From Takakia lepidozioides (Eukaryota; Plantae; Bryophyta), in the NCBI GenBank assembly GCA_030704615.1, contig CM060733.1, forward strand, positions 75,764,001-75,828,000: DNA of 64,000 nt. The letters are read 5' to 3'. The notes beneath the pieces were generated by a model. It had not been told where the DNA came from. It made no database searches and worked only from the letters and a program-made list of their open reading frames with translations. The translations under genes were made by a program, and so were the position numbers. Every line of letters begins with the position of its first letter. Position 1 is the first letter of the stretch. Below, in pieces: positions 35,959 through 49,765 of this stretch.

Positions 35959-36866
35959 CAGTGTTGGGCGGTTACCCGCCTGGGCCCCGGGTAACCGCCG
36001 GTTCCGGTTCCGGTTATGTGGAACCGGACCGGAACCGGACCCGCCTGTGCAGAACCGGAACCGGAACCGGAACCGCTCATTGGGGATTGTGTGGGAACCG
36101 AAACCGGCGGTTCCAGCTACGACCACATGTGTGGGAACTGGCGGTTCCAGCTCCAAAGCGGTTCCGGTTCCGGTTCCGGTCCACCCGTGGGCTGTAGCCC
36201 TAAATGTCTCTAGTACCTACCAAAGCCCTTCTAAGTCCGGTTCTTGGTTCTTGACCCCTTGGTGGGGCTGGTGGGCCCAGGGAAAAACTTATTTAATGCT
36301 CTTAAGCTCCTGAGATCCTGGGTTCAATGCTTGAAGGCCATGAGATTCTATGTTCAATGCTTCAGCGCCATGAGATCTTGGGTTCAATCTCCAGCTCCAT
36401 GATATCCTGGCTAAGTTCAATAATAAAATTGAAGATGCCAATACTTGCCAGGTAGCTGAATAGTACTTTCAACCCATAAAATTTTACCCATTTTCTTCTA
36501 CCAGTTTATTTAGAGTATTTTTGTTTGTTTTTTTGTGTTAGTGAAAACTAACAAAATCGTTGGATTTTAGTTCAAATATGTGAATACACTGCTATTTAAT
36601 CTACCGGACTGATAAAATATTTTAAATCTAATTAAATTAAACAAATATATTTTTAAAATAGAACCGGAACCTAACCGGAACCGATGGTTTTTATCAGCAA
36701 CTAACCGGTAACCGGAACCACCCCCATGTTTAAAAGTTGGAACCGGAACCGGACCGGAACCGGCTCAATAAAAAAAAACCGGAACCGGATCCGGAACCGT
36801 CTCTTGAAATAATTTTGGAACCAGAACTGAAGGTTCCTTCACAAATGCAAGAACCGCCCAACACTG
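35959..36866. mobile_element. Non-autonomous hAT-type element (MITE), 908 bp
   Basis: Perfect 15-bp TIR CAGTGTTGGGCGGTT; 8-bp TSD GTTTCAAC (35951-35958, 36867-36874); dense AACCGG subterminal repeats. Confidence 0.96.
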
Positions 36867-37099
36867 GTTTCAACAACTTCATTAGCAACTCCACAATTAT
36901 ATTTTAAATTCATGTAATTTAAAATAGATAATAGTAATTAAATAGAATATACAGTCATTTTAACTACTCATTTAATGACTATAAATATATATACCGTAGC
37001 CTCCTATGCGGTCCGACACTTATTAATTGCAAAAACGAGAAGTTGAAATATTTAAAAATTATCAAGCTCAAGTGTTGAATTTTTTTTTATTGTTTTCAC

Positions 37100-38022
37100 A
37101 TAAAACAGCAAACACAAGAGGTCTTCTTGGGTTCATGGTGAGTCGAATCCTCCATGGGTCAAGATACAAGGTCGACGACAATGTGGTGAGGGCACCTTCT
37201 TCTTCGACCTATTTCAGCTTGTTTTGCCCTCTCATCAGACTCGGCCCTGCATTTGCAACACGGAGCAGAGCTGACATGAGTTTTTGAAAGATCCTCGCGA
37301 TGGTGGGACAACCGCAATCGGAAGGTGTGGCTTTTTCTTAATGTACGATGTGAAGAAGATTGTCCATCGTGCAAATGTGGGCTCTCGGCTCCTGTTAGTA
37401 CCATGATTTGGTATTCTTCCTTATGTTTACAACGTTCTTGGGAGAGTCAACTTTGTCTTAGCATGTCGTGTTTCAATCTCTGCCCGCTCAGTTGCACCGT
37501 GGTGGTTCTCACGGACCAATCCGACATTACATGACTACGGACACAAGCAGCACACACAAGATGTACGATGTGAAGAAGTTTGTCCATCATGCAAATGTGG
37601 GCTGTTGCCTCCTGGTAGTACCATGATTTGGTATTCTTCCTTATGTTTATAAGGTTCTTGGGAGAGTCAGCTTGGTCTTAGCAGGCCAGGTTACAATCTC
37701 TGCCTGCTCAGCTGCACCGTGGTGGTTCTCACAGACCAATCCGACAGTACCTGACTATAGACACAAGCAGCACACACAAGAGGTTCTTTGTTGATGGTCG
37801 GTCAAATCCTCCATGGGTCATGACACAAGGTCAAGGTCGACAATGTGGTGAGGGCACCTTCTTCTTCAACCTCTTTCTACCTGTTTTACCCTCTCATCAG
37901 CTTAGCCCTAAGATACATATTGAATTCTGTAAGTTAGCTCGTTTGGTGGATCTGTGGTGGTTAGGAGTGACTTTGACAAATTACTGACCATGTGGCAGTA
38001 GGAAAGTATCCAAAAACAGATC
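37100..38022 (+). pseudogene. Third copy of the PDF-PPR gene, PDF exons (continues after the CACTA at 51443)
   Basis: EQS.HEFLKDP.RWWDNRNRK|gt and ag|TNPT.PDYRHKQHTQEV..DGRSNPPWVMTQG, with an internal duplication. Opposite strand to the 4.5-12 kb copies. Confidence 0.82.
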
Positions 38023-39639
38023 TAACACACCAATAGATTGCGGCTTTTACGTCTCTGTGTTATGACTGCAAATGCAGTCATGGAAGCCATTTACGACTTC
38101 CTGACTCTGCAGACGTAAAGCCCTAGTCAGTTGTGACATGGCAGATATGACTCTCCAGGCTGGCTGTGACGTGGCGCCATAGCATCTGTGGGGGTAGTCA
38201 TACACGCTGGCATTACAGAATGACTGAACGGATAGTGTAGTCCATGTCGGCCGCGGTGTAAGGCAGACACGTGCTAGCTACATAACATGCCACGTGTCAC
38301 ACTGCGACGCCATCCCTGACTGCCAGCTATGACAGCGGACAAGGGAACTAAACGACAGCACGTGTCGCGTCGTAGAAGAAACGCGTGGTGCGACATATCA
38401 ATGCCACGTGTCACTGTGGGGGACGGGGCTTCGCAGTCATATGTATGTCTTGGGGAAATTGGTATCAACACGTGGCAGCATCTGGGGACACCACGTGCCA
38501 GGATCGTGTGTGCCCACGTGCTGGACTTTCGGGAGCTGCGGTGGATTCTTGCCAGTCATACCTACGACTGGCGCAGTACGGTATATTCCATGATCACCCT
38601 TTCCATGAGGACGTTGTAGTCCCACGTGGTGCCACGTGCACAATCCTCTAAACCTCACGTGCTGCTTCGTAGACATACATTTGATTGGACGTTTTGCATA
38701 TGGAGTCATAAGACCAACTGCGCGGGGACCTTAGGGGGTCACGTGTCTCCAAGGGATGGAGGTGAGTGAAGGGTACCCTATCGTGCCAGAAGGCTATATG
38801 GCCATCCACATTGATGATGTCCGCATTCCCAATGCCCCTCTACCATATCACAACAAATCCATGAAGCCTCATCACACTGAGTTGGGAGACACTGTAGGTT
38901 ACATTACTGTGTGGAGTGACAAACTAGTGAAGACCTTGCAGACAAAGAGATGAGGCAGGTCGGCATGCATTGTGGATTTCATGGGGATTTCCACCTCTGC
39001 CTCATCCGGATTTGGCAACTACGGTAACTTATAGTAGTGACAGATTCTCTGAATTGACTGTCCAATTTTGATAGCAACCACATGTTGGATTTCCTCATGC
39101 ATGTTGTTGCAAACTTATGCCTCATTAATGAGCAATGTGGTGGTAGGTGGTATGTCCCCATTGCACACACTATGGTTGGTAATGTTGCTGCTGGGAGAAT
39201 GTGGTTGATAATGGTGATGCTGGATGGTGATGTTGCTGCTATTTGTGCTCTTTCAGAATTACATCTGTGCCACTTCTGTGCCTAAAGTCTTGCTGTATAC
39301 ATGATTGTGATGTTGTATGGCATATGCACGTGGCACCCTATTGGCTACCTCTGTGGCATATCCACGTGTCCGTCCAGAGTCATAACCATGAGTACCGAAC
39401 CCAATATGATACGTGTATGAGCATATTACATTCGGCCAGATCCGGCTGTTGATCGCGAAACAGTGTCTATGAGCTTGACATTTTCTCCCACCACGAACTG
39501 CCATCCCACCCCAAACATGGCAGATTGCATAAGAATTATGGAACACGGATCGTGCAAAGTATTGTGTCTACAAGGTCTACAATGAGCTAATAACAATTTG
39601 TCTATCCAGGTCGGGAAGGGGAGAATAGCAGATGCATAC

Positions 39640-42600
39640 ACTTACCCCATTCTGCGAATCAGGGATCAGTGGTGTCGGCTTCCTGAAAGGGTGAAGGTGT
39701 GCTGCCCTTTGACTTGGGGGGCCTCGTTCGTGGCCAAGCACCTACAACCAACCAACAAGCACCAAAAATGTATTTTGGCATACACTGGGAACTCAAATGA
39801 CAGTAACACAATAAGATGCACCATTCACTGTCAATGCCTGCAGTTCACACTGCGACAATAATTTGACAAACTCCATCACAAGGTTGATTACTGCCACAAC
39901 TTAAGCACAAATGAGGCTGGCAATGGCACAAGGGAGTCAGACAAAAATTCGACCACGGAGTGTACCACACTACAAAGTATGTTACCTGGCGAGGCTGAAT
40001 GGCTCGAGGGCTGATAGCTTGTTGCCCAAATGTGGGTTGCCCTTTGAGATATTCTGGAATGCTCGAAGCCTTAGCTGCCCCCTCCAAGAAGGGCCATAAG
40101 CTAGTTAGAAGAAAATTATCATTGTGCGCCTCTACAGAACGACTTCTCCAAGGCAGTGGAAAAATTGCGTTGTATGCTAGATTGTTCGACCCCTTGTGCG
40201 GTGTGTCGTCAACAAGAAGAGTCGTTTCAGGATTCCAGTCACGGTTGCCCCGCCACACTGTAGATAGGTTCTTCAAAAACCGTGGTTTCATGGACAGGCT
40301 CCCATCCATGTCAATGGACTGCTCACAATATCCCCCATCCCACTTGAATGCAAGGTCACCGTGCCCATGGAAAAGCCAGTCCACTGTGGGTAGGAAGTTA
40401 CGTGGTTGCATACAAGACCATGCTGCCACTTCAAAGTGTTCAAAACACTTGTCCAAAAAAGCTTTGCAACCAGGCCTTACAACGACCATCTTGCTACCAC
40501 ATAATTTGTGCTCAAGGCCATTTGGAACCACAAACGCATTACCGCTCCCGACATGGACGCACTCACACAACAAGCCATTAATATCTAGGATGAGCAAATG
40601 CTTGCCCTTCTCCACTGTTCTGTGCACGACATTCTCCTTCATGAATTGGAGGTTGGGAGTGGAAGTGACAACCGTGGGTTGCTGGGTAATATCTGCCAGC
40701 GGGGAAACAAGGTCAATGTCCAGGGTTCTCTCAGATGCCCCCACCGCGACAGCAGCAGGCCAGAGTTCTGCATGCGCCTCCACTACCGCACAGTGTGACA
40801 GAACTGCACGAGGACGCGTAAGTTCCTTGGTAGGGGTGTCCTCCCCTCCACCTAGGCCAACATGCTCCACCTGCACATCATCCTCGAATGCATCAACTGG
40901 AGTGACGTTACCTGGTGACATGCCAGGCAAGTCAAACCTGTCCTCCAGACGTCTTGAGGCTGAAGGGCCAGCGATGCACGAGCTGTTTGCTATGGATGAG
41001 CCCACTAAGGCAGGTGAGGAAATGCTGATCCCAAATTTCTCTGCCATGGCCTTCTGGTACGTCATCACATGCGATATTATAGCCTTCAAATCCATTATAT
41101 CTTTGTGTTGTGCACCCTGTGCTCTTTCCATATCCTCCACTTTGCGAGCAACTGCTGAATACCCAGAGGTCCCCTCCTGCCAGGTCCACGCAAGTCCATG
41201 AACAACATGAGAACATCATGCCGTTGGTAGGGAAAATGCCTAGAACAAAATAATCGACAAAAAATGGGAGAAAGAATGATCTGCTCGAATCTCACCATCC
41301 GCTCGCTGGTCAATGTTCTGCTTACTGAACCTTCTTGGATTTCATGCAACGATGGACTTCGTCCTGGCTCCTGTGCCTACATTGGAAATTGCCCAAGCAT
41401 GAGTGCAGGCTAGTTTCCTCACCATCAAGGCATGGTTGAAACAATCAAGTGCAAATTAGCTCTTAATAATGAGTTTCATTCACTTGGGGAATGGCTTAAT
41501 ACAAATTATTGTGCCTCCAGAACTCAGAAAGCAACAATTTCATGGAGCTTCACAACTCTGCCAGTACACATAATCTGACATCAGAGAATGAGAGCAGCTC
41601 TCAGGCAACGACATCAACACAATATGTCTAAGCAGAAACTGGTGAAAATCACGTCGTCACATAGACCTCGCACTCCCCGAATATAACTTTCAAACGATTC
41701 TACTTGCCTTTCTTGATGAACATGAGGGACAACTTACATGAAGTTGCACCACTATTCTGACCATGGCGAGACCCAATTGGAAGAAATACAGAAATGTAAC
41801 CAAGGCATAACAAAATTGCAAAACTGGGTCTCTATCTCCTTCAAGAAGTCTGGCAAACTGTATTACTGACCACTTGCTAGGACCAAGTAAGAAAGATTAC
41901 CATTGTACTTGACGATTGCAACCTTGCCCAATTTTACAGATGACTACTACGTAGCACTCACAAAATACTCCTTCCACAAAAAACAGTCCACAGTGATTCG
42001 CTATTGAAGTGACTCTTGGACACACCTCCACCCTTAAAGATGCGCTAGGTAGGGTCTCCCTGCAATAGAAAAGGCTAGTAGCACTCGGGAAACGAAGCGT
42101 AATTCAAGATACCTGCCTCCCCCCTTAAAGAAAAGCCTACAAGCACTTTCTGACAAGGTGAATGAACACTTTAGTTCACTCCACAGGCAGCACCCCTTCA
42201 AGAAAACCCTGATTGCACTCCACATAATTTGGAGAATTCCTGGCCCAAAGCTTGGTGGCACTTCGTACTTCCCTCGTAACATGGTGTAAAATGGGGGAAA
42301 TGGACACCCCATTATACTTTGTACTCATAAGACATTGTTTGCCGTACCCTTGTGGCCATTGACCCCGTGCCCAGTTTGAGCGGGAACAAAAGGAACAGAA
42401 CCTACCTCAGTCAGGGGTTGACGTTGGTAGTAAGACTTACCTTCATATAAAGAATTAATCCGGGTTTTCCAGATATCCTCTAGAAAACCCTTCACACAAG
42501 CATCAATCTGCTGGGTGTGATTTGCACAATTCCCTTGATTGTGAAGAGAGCGTCTCTTTGGTGAGAGAACCCCGGACAGTGTATCAGAAAATGAATACTG

Positions 42601-44793
42601 TCTTCAGATTGCCCACACAACGGACAATTGCACTCTCCCTTTCCTCTCTGCTTCTGTTTGCTGTTCAAAGGTAGGCTTCCTGCCCTGAGTTTAAATTTCA
42701 CTGTAGTGCCAAGAGTGGGTAGACCCTTGAGGTCATCCAAGATGTCCACCCCCATGTCACTGACTGGAAACAAGTTCAGGGAAGTTCTCTGCCTAACTTC
42801 ATTTTCATCACACAATCTCATGGCAACAGACATGGCTTCAGACACTACAGCCTCTAAGTCAGATTTATCCAGCAGGGTCAAGACTTGCGGATCCAGGTCC
42901 AGGGCCTTGAGAATCTTTTCTACTCTCTTCTGCCAGGACTTACCCTGTTTGACATTATAAACAACAATCAGCCAAGGCAAAGAGGGCAAAAAGATTGGTG
43001 TGTGAACTTACAAGCCGAGCCTCAACAGATGCCTTCCCACCACGTCCCGTTTTTTAAGGCTTCTTGATTGATGAATTTGCAACCTTCATGAGGGCACTTT
43101 TTGCGTTGAATCCTGCTGTCTGCCAATACGATACCAGCCTGTCCCAATGAGCTTCCTTCAGATGCGCAGGCCTCCCCTTGCCTGCCTTGTATAGTGCATG
43201 GATCTCGTGTCTTTGGGTTTTCAAGGCAATGCCAAGTGTCTTCCTCATGTGCTCATAGTCAAGACCACATGGCGTGTACGCAAATGTAGAGTTTAGAATC
43301 CTGTATATTTCTTCAAAGACAGATTCATCCTGCGCTGCAATATGCATTGACATGTCACACAAACGCCACATCTGGCCTTTGAGGGCTGCATGCCAAGTAT
43401 TGCGTGCTGGTTCAATGGGCTCTCCAGCTTTGTCAACCGGAAGCACTTGAGGGGGGAGTCCATCTTCCTCTCGCGCATCATGGTTTCGGATTGCCTCTGC
43501 CCTGGCACGCCTGTTCGCCCGCCTCAAAGCATTAGCTCGGTCCTTCTTGGTCATAGGGATGTCTTCCTTTTCCTCCTCAGGTGGTGGGGCAGCTGGGGGT
43601 TGCCATGGGGAATGGGGGGCGGGACGGTATCGCCCACCGTATGGCCCAAAAGGTTCGTATGGTGGACGTGTAGATGCCGGGTAAGCATGTGGGTCTGGGA
43701 GGTAAGGGGGAATAGGCGGAGGAGAATGGGCATATGGCTGCTATGGGTAACCACCTGGAGGGGGCTTGTATTGGATGTGCAGGTTGTAAGGGCCCGCAGC
43801 GCCATACTGATCGGGGGTGGGGTAGGCATGTGGGTAATGTGTGTACGGAGGGTACTATGGAGTAGGTCGTGGAGGTGGTCTTGCTGCGCCTGGGGACTTG
43901 TTTGTAGCAGCATTGACTTGTTTGAACAACCCCCGCCCCGATGGACTGCCCACCACAGCTACAGCGCCTTCGATGGAAGCTCGCCTCTTCCTGGCCTGCA
44001 CAGAATAAAAACCAATTCAAACATTAAAGTCAATCAAAGCATTCAACAGATATCATGGCAACTTCAAAAAAACTAACGTCGTGCACCTGCCATTTTAATG
44101 CTTTGATTGTACTCATCCTACTATGAGCAGGTCCTCATCCCCTCGGACTCATCAGGTGCCCCACACTTATGTTTACCCAACTTGAAAAGTGAGGGCATTG
44201 CCAAATCTACACGGCCAATTCCAAAGCCTACCTAACGGGGAGACCTCACAAACCATTGGCATGCTTGTATCAAAGCGTGCATACAAGAACTTGCATCAGT
44301 GGGTAGATGGACTCATTTGAATGGACATTGCATTTTAGTTGTAAACAGAAACATAACTGTGTATCAACCTCTTAGTAAGAGCCTTTGACTTTAACCCAAA
44401 CTGTGTACACGATGAAGATATAGCGAAGGGCTTGATTTCCTATCCCATTGTGGGGTTTCACTGCCTATATGCTAGGGCATCCCTTCCTTGCTACATGCAA
44501 ATTTTGAAGATGTGGCGTCATAGTGAGCAGGTGCTTACAGATGGTGATTTTGCCGGCGACGGGCGTTTCTGGGGAAGCGAGGGTGCAGGAGCTGGGTGGC
44601 GAAGGACATCTTCGCTGGAATCGCCAGTGTGCTCGCCCGCAGGGACACACAACAAATCTTCGTCCTCGTCTTCATACTGCCGTGCCTTGTCGGCCATTGT
44701 TTTTAGCCTTCCACTGCGTCTGGGTGGTCCCGTGGGTAGTGGAGGTCGACGGCAAGCACGCTTTGGTTTCGGAGCAACAAGCCTGCAAGCCAA
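39640..44793 (-). pseudogene. CACTA second gene (TnpA-like, spliced) containing a NIF/FCP1 HAD phosphatase-like domain
   Basis: TnpA-like exon 43054-43554 (WHAALKG..R, HWDRLVSYWQT). ORF 39845-41140 has LLILDINGLL, VVVRPGCKAFLDKCFEHFEVAAWS, FLKNLSTVW and TTLLVDDTPHKG..N...NAIFP. Confidence 0.75.
42510..43010 (-). mobile_element. 3' fragment of a non-LTR retrotransposon ORF2 (zf-RVT-like)
   Basis: KFKLRAGSLPLN...CPLCGQSEDSIHFLIHCP.F..QR. A related piece lies at ~52228-52420. Confidence 0.75.
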
Positions 44794-45199
44794 ACCCTAA
44801 CCAATCCCGCTCTCTTCATGGTGCGCCATGATAGTGTGGACCAGCATTCTATGTACTTAGCAATGCAATCCCAACACTGGGAATCTAGCAAAACTCGTAA
44901 ACCCAAAAGACAAGAACTAGGGCAATTCCAGGCTAAACCGTATACCTCTAACATTTTTAAAGAAATGCCCTAATGACAAGCCCCTGCAATGCTCTCCTGC
45001 GAGATAGCGGCCACAACAGTAGGGTGAGCCGCCTCTCAGTATACTCACAGTGGGTGCGAACCAAACAACTCCGCCTCAACCTCTTTGTTGCGAGCAATGC
45101 AGGTCTCCCTTAGCTTCTCATACGCAGTCAGGGGACCGCACGGGGAGGGCCTGACCATGGCAGTCTGACATCAGCTGCAAAGACCCTTGCACACCCCCT

Positions 45200-48100
45200 T
45201 GTGTAAGTACAATGTACACAACGAGAGCGGGGTTTTGGCTGAGAGCTCAACGACTCCATGTGCGCAGGAAAGATGAGAAACTGTGGCGACTAGAGGAGGC
45301 GCATGCCATTGCACAAGGGCACCGCAAATTATTGTGCAACTGCAGAACTTGCCATGGAGGGATCCCGCAGTTTCTACCGATGGCCAAAAAACACCTAACA
45401 AAGTATGGGAGGGACCCAAACCTTCGACAGTGTACAGTCCCGGTACGCCTTGCACGATGCACGCACTCTGACATGCTCGCAGCACGCCCGCGCATGTCCG
45501 CATTTTGGACAGTCGTGGAGTGACTGGAGTCCGAACTACGTGTCATTCTTCCGTTGGATGTATTGGAGTCATGGAGTCGTAGTGATGGAGTCATGTAGTT
45601 GGTAGTGCGTCAGAGTAGTCATGTCCATGACTTCATGACCGCGGATCATGGACATTTCAACTACGTGGTGTTCTTCCATTGGTTGTACTGGAGTCATGTA
45701 GTGAGGGTCATGACTACATGGTCGCTGTTGACTGCCATGTCGGAAGGCTGGCCGCATTTTGGGCTTTTGGTAGTTTGTTGCCATGTGTCATGCCTTCAAC
45801 GCACTGCCCACTTGGGCATATTTGTTGAGAGCCTTCACTTTGTCGGTATGTGAAGATAGCTGTCTGTATGTGGGGATGTCAATTTCTATCACAGAGGGTA
45901 TGTTTGTTTTGTTTTTCGATTCGAACTGTGTTCCTACTTTGCCGTATTATAGGAGAGTAGTTTTCATTTGTCTTTGTGTGTGAGCTCCACAAGCTGCTTC
46001 GAAATGAAGACTGTGGCCGACCAATTTCGTCTCCTGATTCGCAAGTGCGGGGGAGACTTGCAGCATTCACCTCTATTGAACTAGTGCAATTCCACGTATT
46101 GTGTTTGCTTTACATGACAATGTTTAAATGAAATTTCAGAGTCTGGGAGTTTTGAAAAAAGCCTGTTCATCGTATCCCAATTTCTGATTTTCATTTGCGT
46201 TCACAGGGCTACATTACATCTGACTCTGAAGTGGAGGCTGAATGTAGTGTAGAGAGTGTTGCAAACGACGTCAATTTGGAGGGACAAGACGGCAATGGGC
46301 TACGGGGCCAGATTGCCCGTGCTGTGCAAGATGCATTTGAAATATCAGATACCCTCCGGGAGAATCCCACACCTGCCCCAAATGCCCTTCCCTTGGACAA
46401 TGATGAGGTTGTTGAGAATGGCGCAAATCCCTCTGAAATGCCTGATGGGGAAAATATGGGCGGAGAAGAAGCAGGCGCGCCAAATGATCTTCACCATGAA
46501 AAACTCATGCGAGAGTCCCAAATCCCCTTATACGATGGGAGCGTTCACAACCGATTGACTGCCACATTGATGTTGCTCAATTCTTGCACCACTCACAGAT
46601 GTACCAACGCATTGTGGATGAGTTATTTTCATTGTTGAGGCTGGAGATTTTGCCCAAACAAAACACCTTGCCCAAATCGCAGTATGAGGCCAAAAATATG
46701 ATCGCCATGATGGGTCTAGGATACAAACAGATCCATGCCTGTGAGCGTGGATGTGTATTGTTTCGTGGAGACCTGGAAAAGGCTGCAAATTGCCCCAAGT
46801 GCCACAGTCCTCGATACATGGACGGCCGTGGGAAGGTGCCCAAGAAGGTGCTGCGATACTTTCCTCTCATACCTAGATTGAGACAGATGTTCCGAGTTAA
46901 GACGCTGGCAGAGCTCATGAAGTGGCACAACAATCATAGAAGTGCAGATGGCATGGTCCGACATGCTGCAGACAGTAAGGCTTGGTGCCATATTGACAAC
47001 ACATGGCCGGATTTTGCTTCAAATCCAAGAAATATGCGTCTTGGATTGGCACTGGATGGGGTCAATCCTTATGGCACAAAATGCGCGAGTTGGTCCACCT
47101 GGCCCATCATGGTGCTCAATTATAATCTACCTCCATGGTTGGTAACGAAGAATTTTTTTGTCATGTTAACACTCCTCATTCCTGGAAAGGAATCTGTGAC
47201 AAGTGAAAATGTGGATGTTTACCTGCAACCACTAGTGGAGGAGCTAACGACATTGTGGGTAGGAGTTGCAGCCGTGGATGTGGCAGCCATTGAAGGAGAG
47301 CGGGCTTTTACCATGCGTGCAGTCCTCATGTGGTCCATACATGACTTCCCCGCCTATGGCTTGTTATCAGGTCAGGTTCACCAAGGGTACTCTGCTTGTC
47401 CAACATGTGGACCTCAAGTCGATTCCAGATATTCCCCAGCTTGCAAGAAATTGATATTCCAGGGGCATCGACGGTATCTTCCCCACAATCATGCCTACAG
47501 AAGATCCAGACTTTTTAATGGGGCGCGAGACATGAGACCTGCTCCACATACAGTGACAGCCACCGAAATCAAGGAGCGTGCACGACATTACAAACAATGG
47601 ATTGATGATGGTGGGACTGTAGGCGCACAGAACGATTCCTCCAAGCTCCATGGCGTAAACGATTGTCCATTCTGTTTGACTTGCCTTACTGGGAGGTGCG
47701 ATTACCACACCTGTGTTTTGGGAACATAATAGTGCATTGGTTTTCATTGTGCATGATTGTTTGTTTACTGAACCTGTGCTATTAACATCATTCATGACTA
47801 CATTGCAATGTGCTTAATTTGTTAGACCACATGGTGCAGCATCTTATCATCCGCCACACTTTTGATACCATGCATTGCGAGAAGAACGTGACGGAGAACA
47901 TAATGAAGACTCTTTTCGGGGAAAAGGACACGATGAAAGTTCGCCGCGATCTGGAATTGCAGGGCATTCGAAAGCCTCTTTGGTTACGACTCCATCCCAC
48001 CAGAGCGGATACATTGGTAATGCCTGATGCGCCATATGTGCTCACAAAACCAGAGCAGCGGGTGTTCCTAGAGATTATCACGAATCTGAAAGTACCCACT

Positions 48101-49765
48101 GGCTATGCCTCTGCTTTCAAAAAACATGTGGTCAAACAAAAGTTGAGCCAATTGAAGTCACATGATTATCACGTGCTAATGCAACAGATCCTCCCACTTG
48201 CTCTACGTGGGTTGATGGCGCCTGGGGTTCGCAATGCCATACTAAGAGTGTCTTGTGTGTTTCACAAGCTTTGTGCAAAATTGATTGATCCCACCGAGCA
48301 TGAGGAATTGAAGAAGGAGGTGGCAGTGACTCTTTGTCTTCTGGAGAAAGAGTTCCCACCCTCATTTTTTGATGTTATGACACATTTACTTATCCACTTG
48401 GTGGATGAGCTGGATTTGTGTGGACCTGTAGCTTCTCGGTGGATGTACCCGGTGGAGAGAGCAATGAAGGATTTTAAAGGGTATGTGCGAAACTCGGCGA
48501 AGCCTGAGGGCAGTATGGCGGAGGGCTACGTGATTGACGATGCATTGGGATTTTGTACATAGTACTTGTCTTCTATTGATGCTACTAGGCGGAGAGTGTG
48601 GGATGCAGGAGAGGAGGAATCAGTGTCGGGCTGGGTGTTGGAAGGAGTTGGTCGACCACGCAGGTTGACCGTCGAATTGTTGCAGCTTGTCCATGACTAC
48701 GTCATTCACAACCATCCTAGTTTGAGCATTATGTTGGGGTAAGTGGCAAACGTGAGTGTATGTCACAGCTTCTGGTACCTGCTATGCATGGGTATGCTTT
48801 GTATAGGTGTGTGTGCAGTAGTTCTTCCATCGGCTGCAGGGGTTGCACTAGATAAATTGATGTGGTTGTGCGTGTGTTGGCAGGACCTATGAGGTGGAGA
48901 AATCTAGGTTGGAGACTGAAAATGCTGCTAACCAGAACAAGATCCGTGCTCTCCCTCACTTTGCAGAATGGCTGGTAAAAGCAGTCCGCCAGCATGTGTC
49001 AAGTGTTGCCAACCATGCTACTGATTCAGCCTGCAAGGAATTGTTGGACATGTCCAAACCCCCATCATTAATCGCAACATCATACAAGAGCATGTCGGCT
49101 TATGGAAACCACTTCAGGGTTACTTCAGATGGACTCAACAGCCCCTTTGTGACATATGACTCGGGGGTCTCTACTGTTTTCCAGCATGACTGTACTTGCA
49201 TTTCAGGTGAGCAGGTGGTGGAAAACGTACGGTATGTGGGTGTCATAAATGAGATTTTAGAATTGGATTATGGCTCCACACACACCACGGTGCTATTGTG
49301 TTCATGGGTGCGTGCACGACGTGTGGGCTCTCAGCCTGTGTCAATGAAGCAGGATGACTCTGGCTTCACATTGGTGAATTTCTCCCACTTGTTGCCTCCA
49401 CTTGAACAGCCTTTTGTGCTCCCATCACAGGTCGAGCAAGTTTTTTCTCTGAGTGTGTAAATGAACCGAGATGGGAACGTGGTGCTGGAAAAAAAAACCC
49501 CAGGTCACGCAGGGCTGTTTGTGATGTGAGCATTTGCAACGATGATATTGCAAGTGTATCAGGCCTCTTAGCCCCCAATCACATTGAAGAGACGAATGTT
49601 GCTGCTGACAGGGTGGGCCAGACCATCCAAGTGACACCTGAAGAGGTTGCTTCACTTTACAGAGACATGCAATCTGAGGAAGCACATCCATGTCCCACAG
49701 AGGACAGTTGCGATGGAGATTCAGAGTCCAGTGATGAGGAGTTGGTTGATGTGGATGTGTACTAG
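45200..49765 (+). pseudogene. CACTA TnpD/Tnp2 transposase (spliced, damaged)
   Basis: IHACERGCVLFRG, KVLRYFPLIPRL, RLGLALDGVNP, IHDFPAYG, FDTMHCEKNV, LKSHDYHVLMQQ, FFDVMTHLLIHL, RWMYPVER, PEGSMAEGY, PFVLPSQVEQVF. Stop at 48560 and frameshifts. Confidence 0.95.

Noticed and set aside
35932-36313. ORFs rich in RFRFR/NRNRN/EPEPE
   Set aside because: Translations of the AACCGG subterminal repeats of the hAT MITE.
35700-37030. Helitron end (CTAG at ~35710 on minus) around the hAT MITE
   Set aside because: No convincing subterminal hairpin or matching 5' TC end.
39999-41201. 400-aa plus-strand ORF (also 15538-16368 minus and the many antisense PPR ORFs)
   Set aside because: Antisense shadows of recognisable coding sequence with no motifs of their own.
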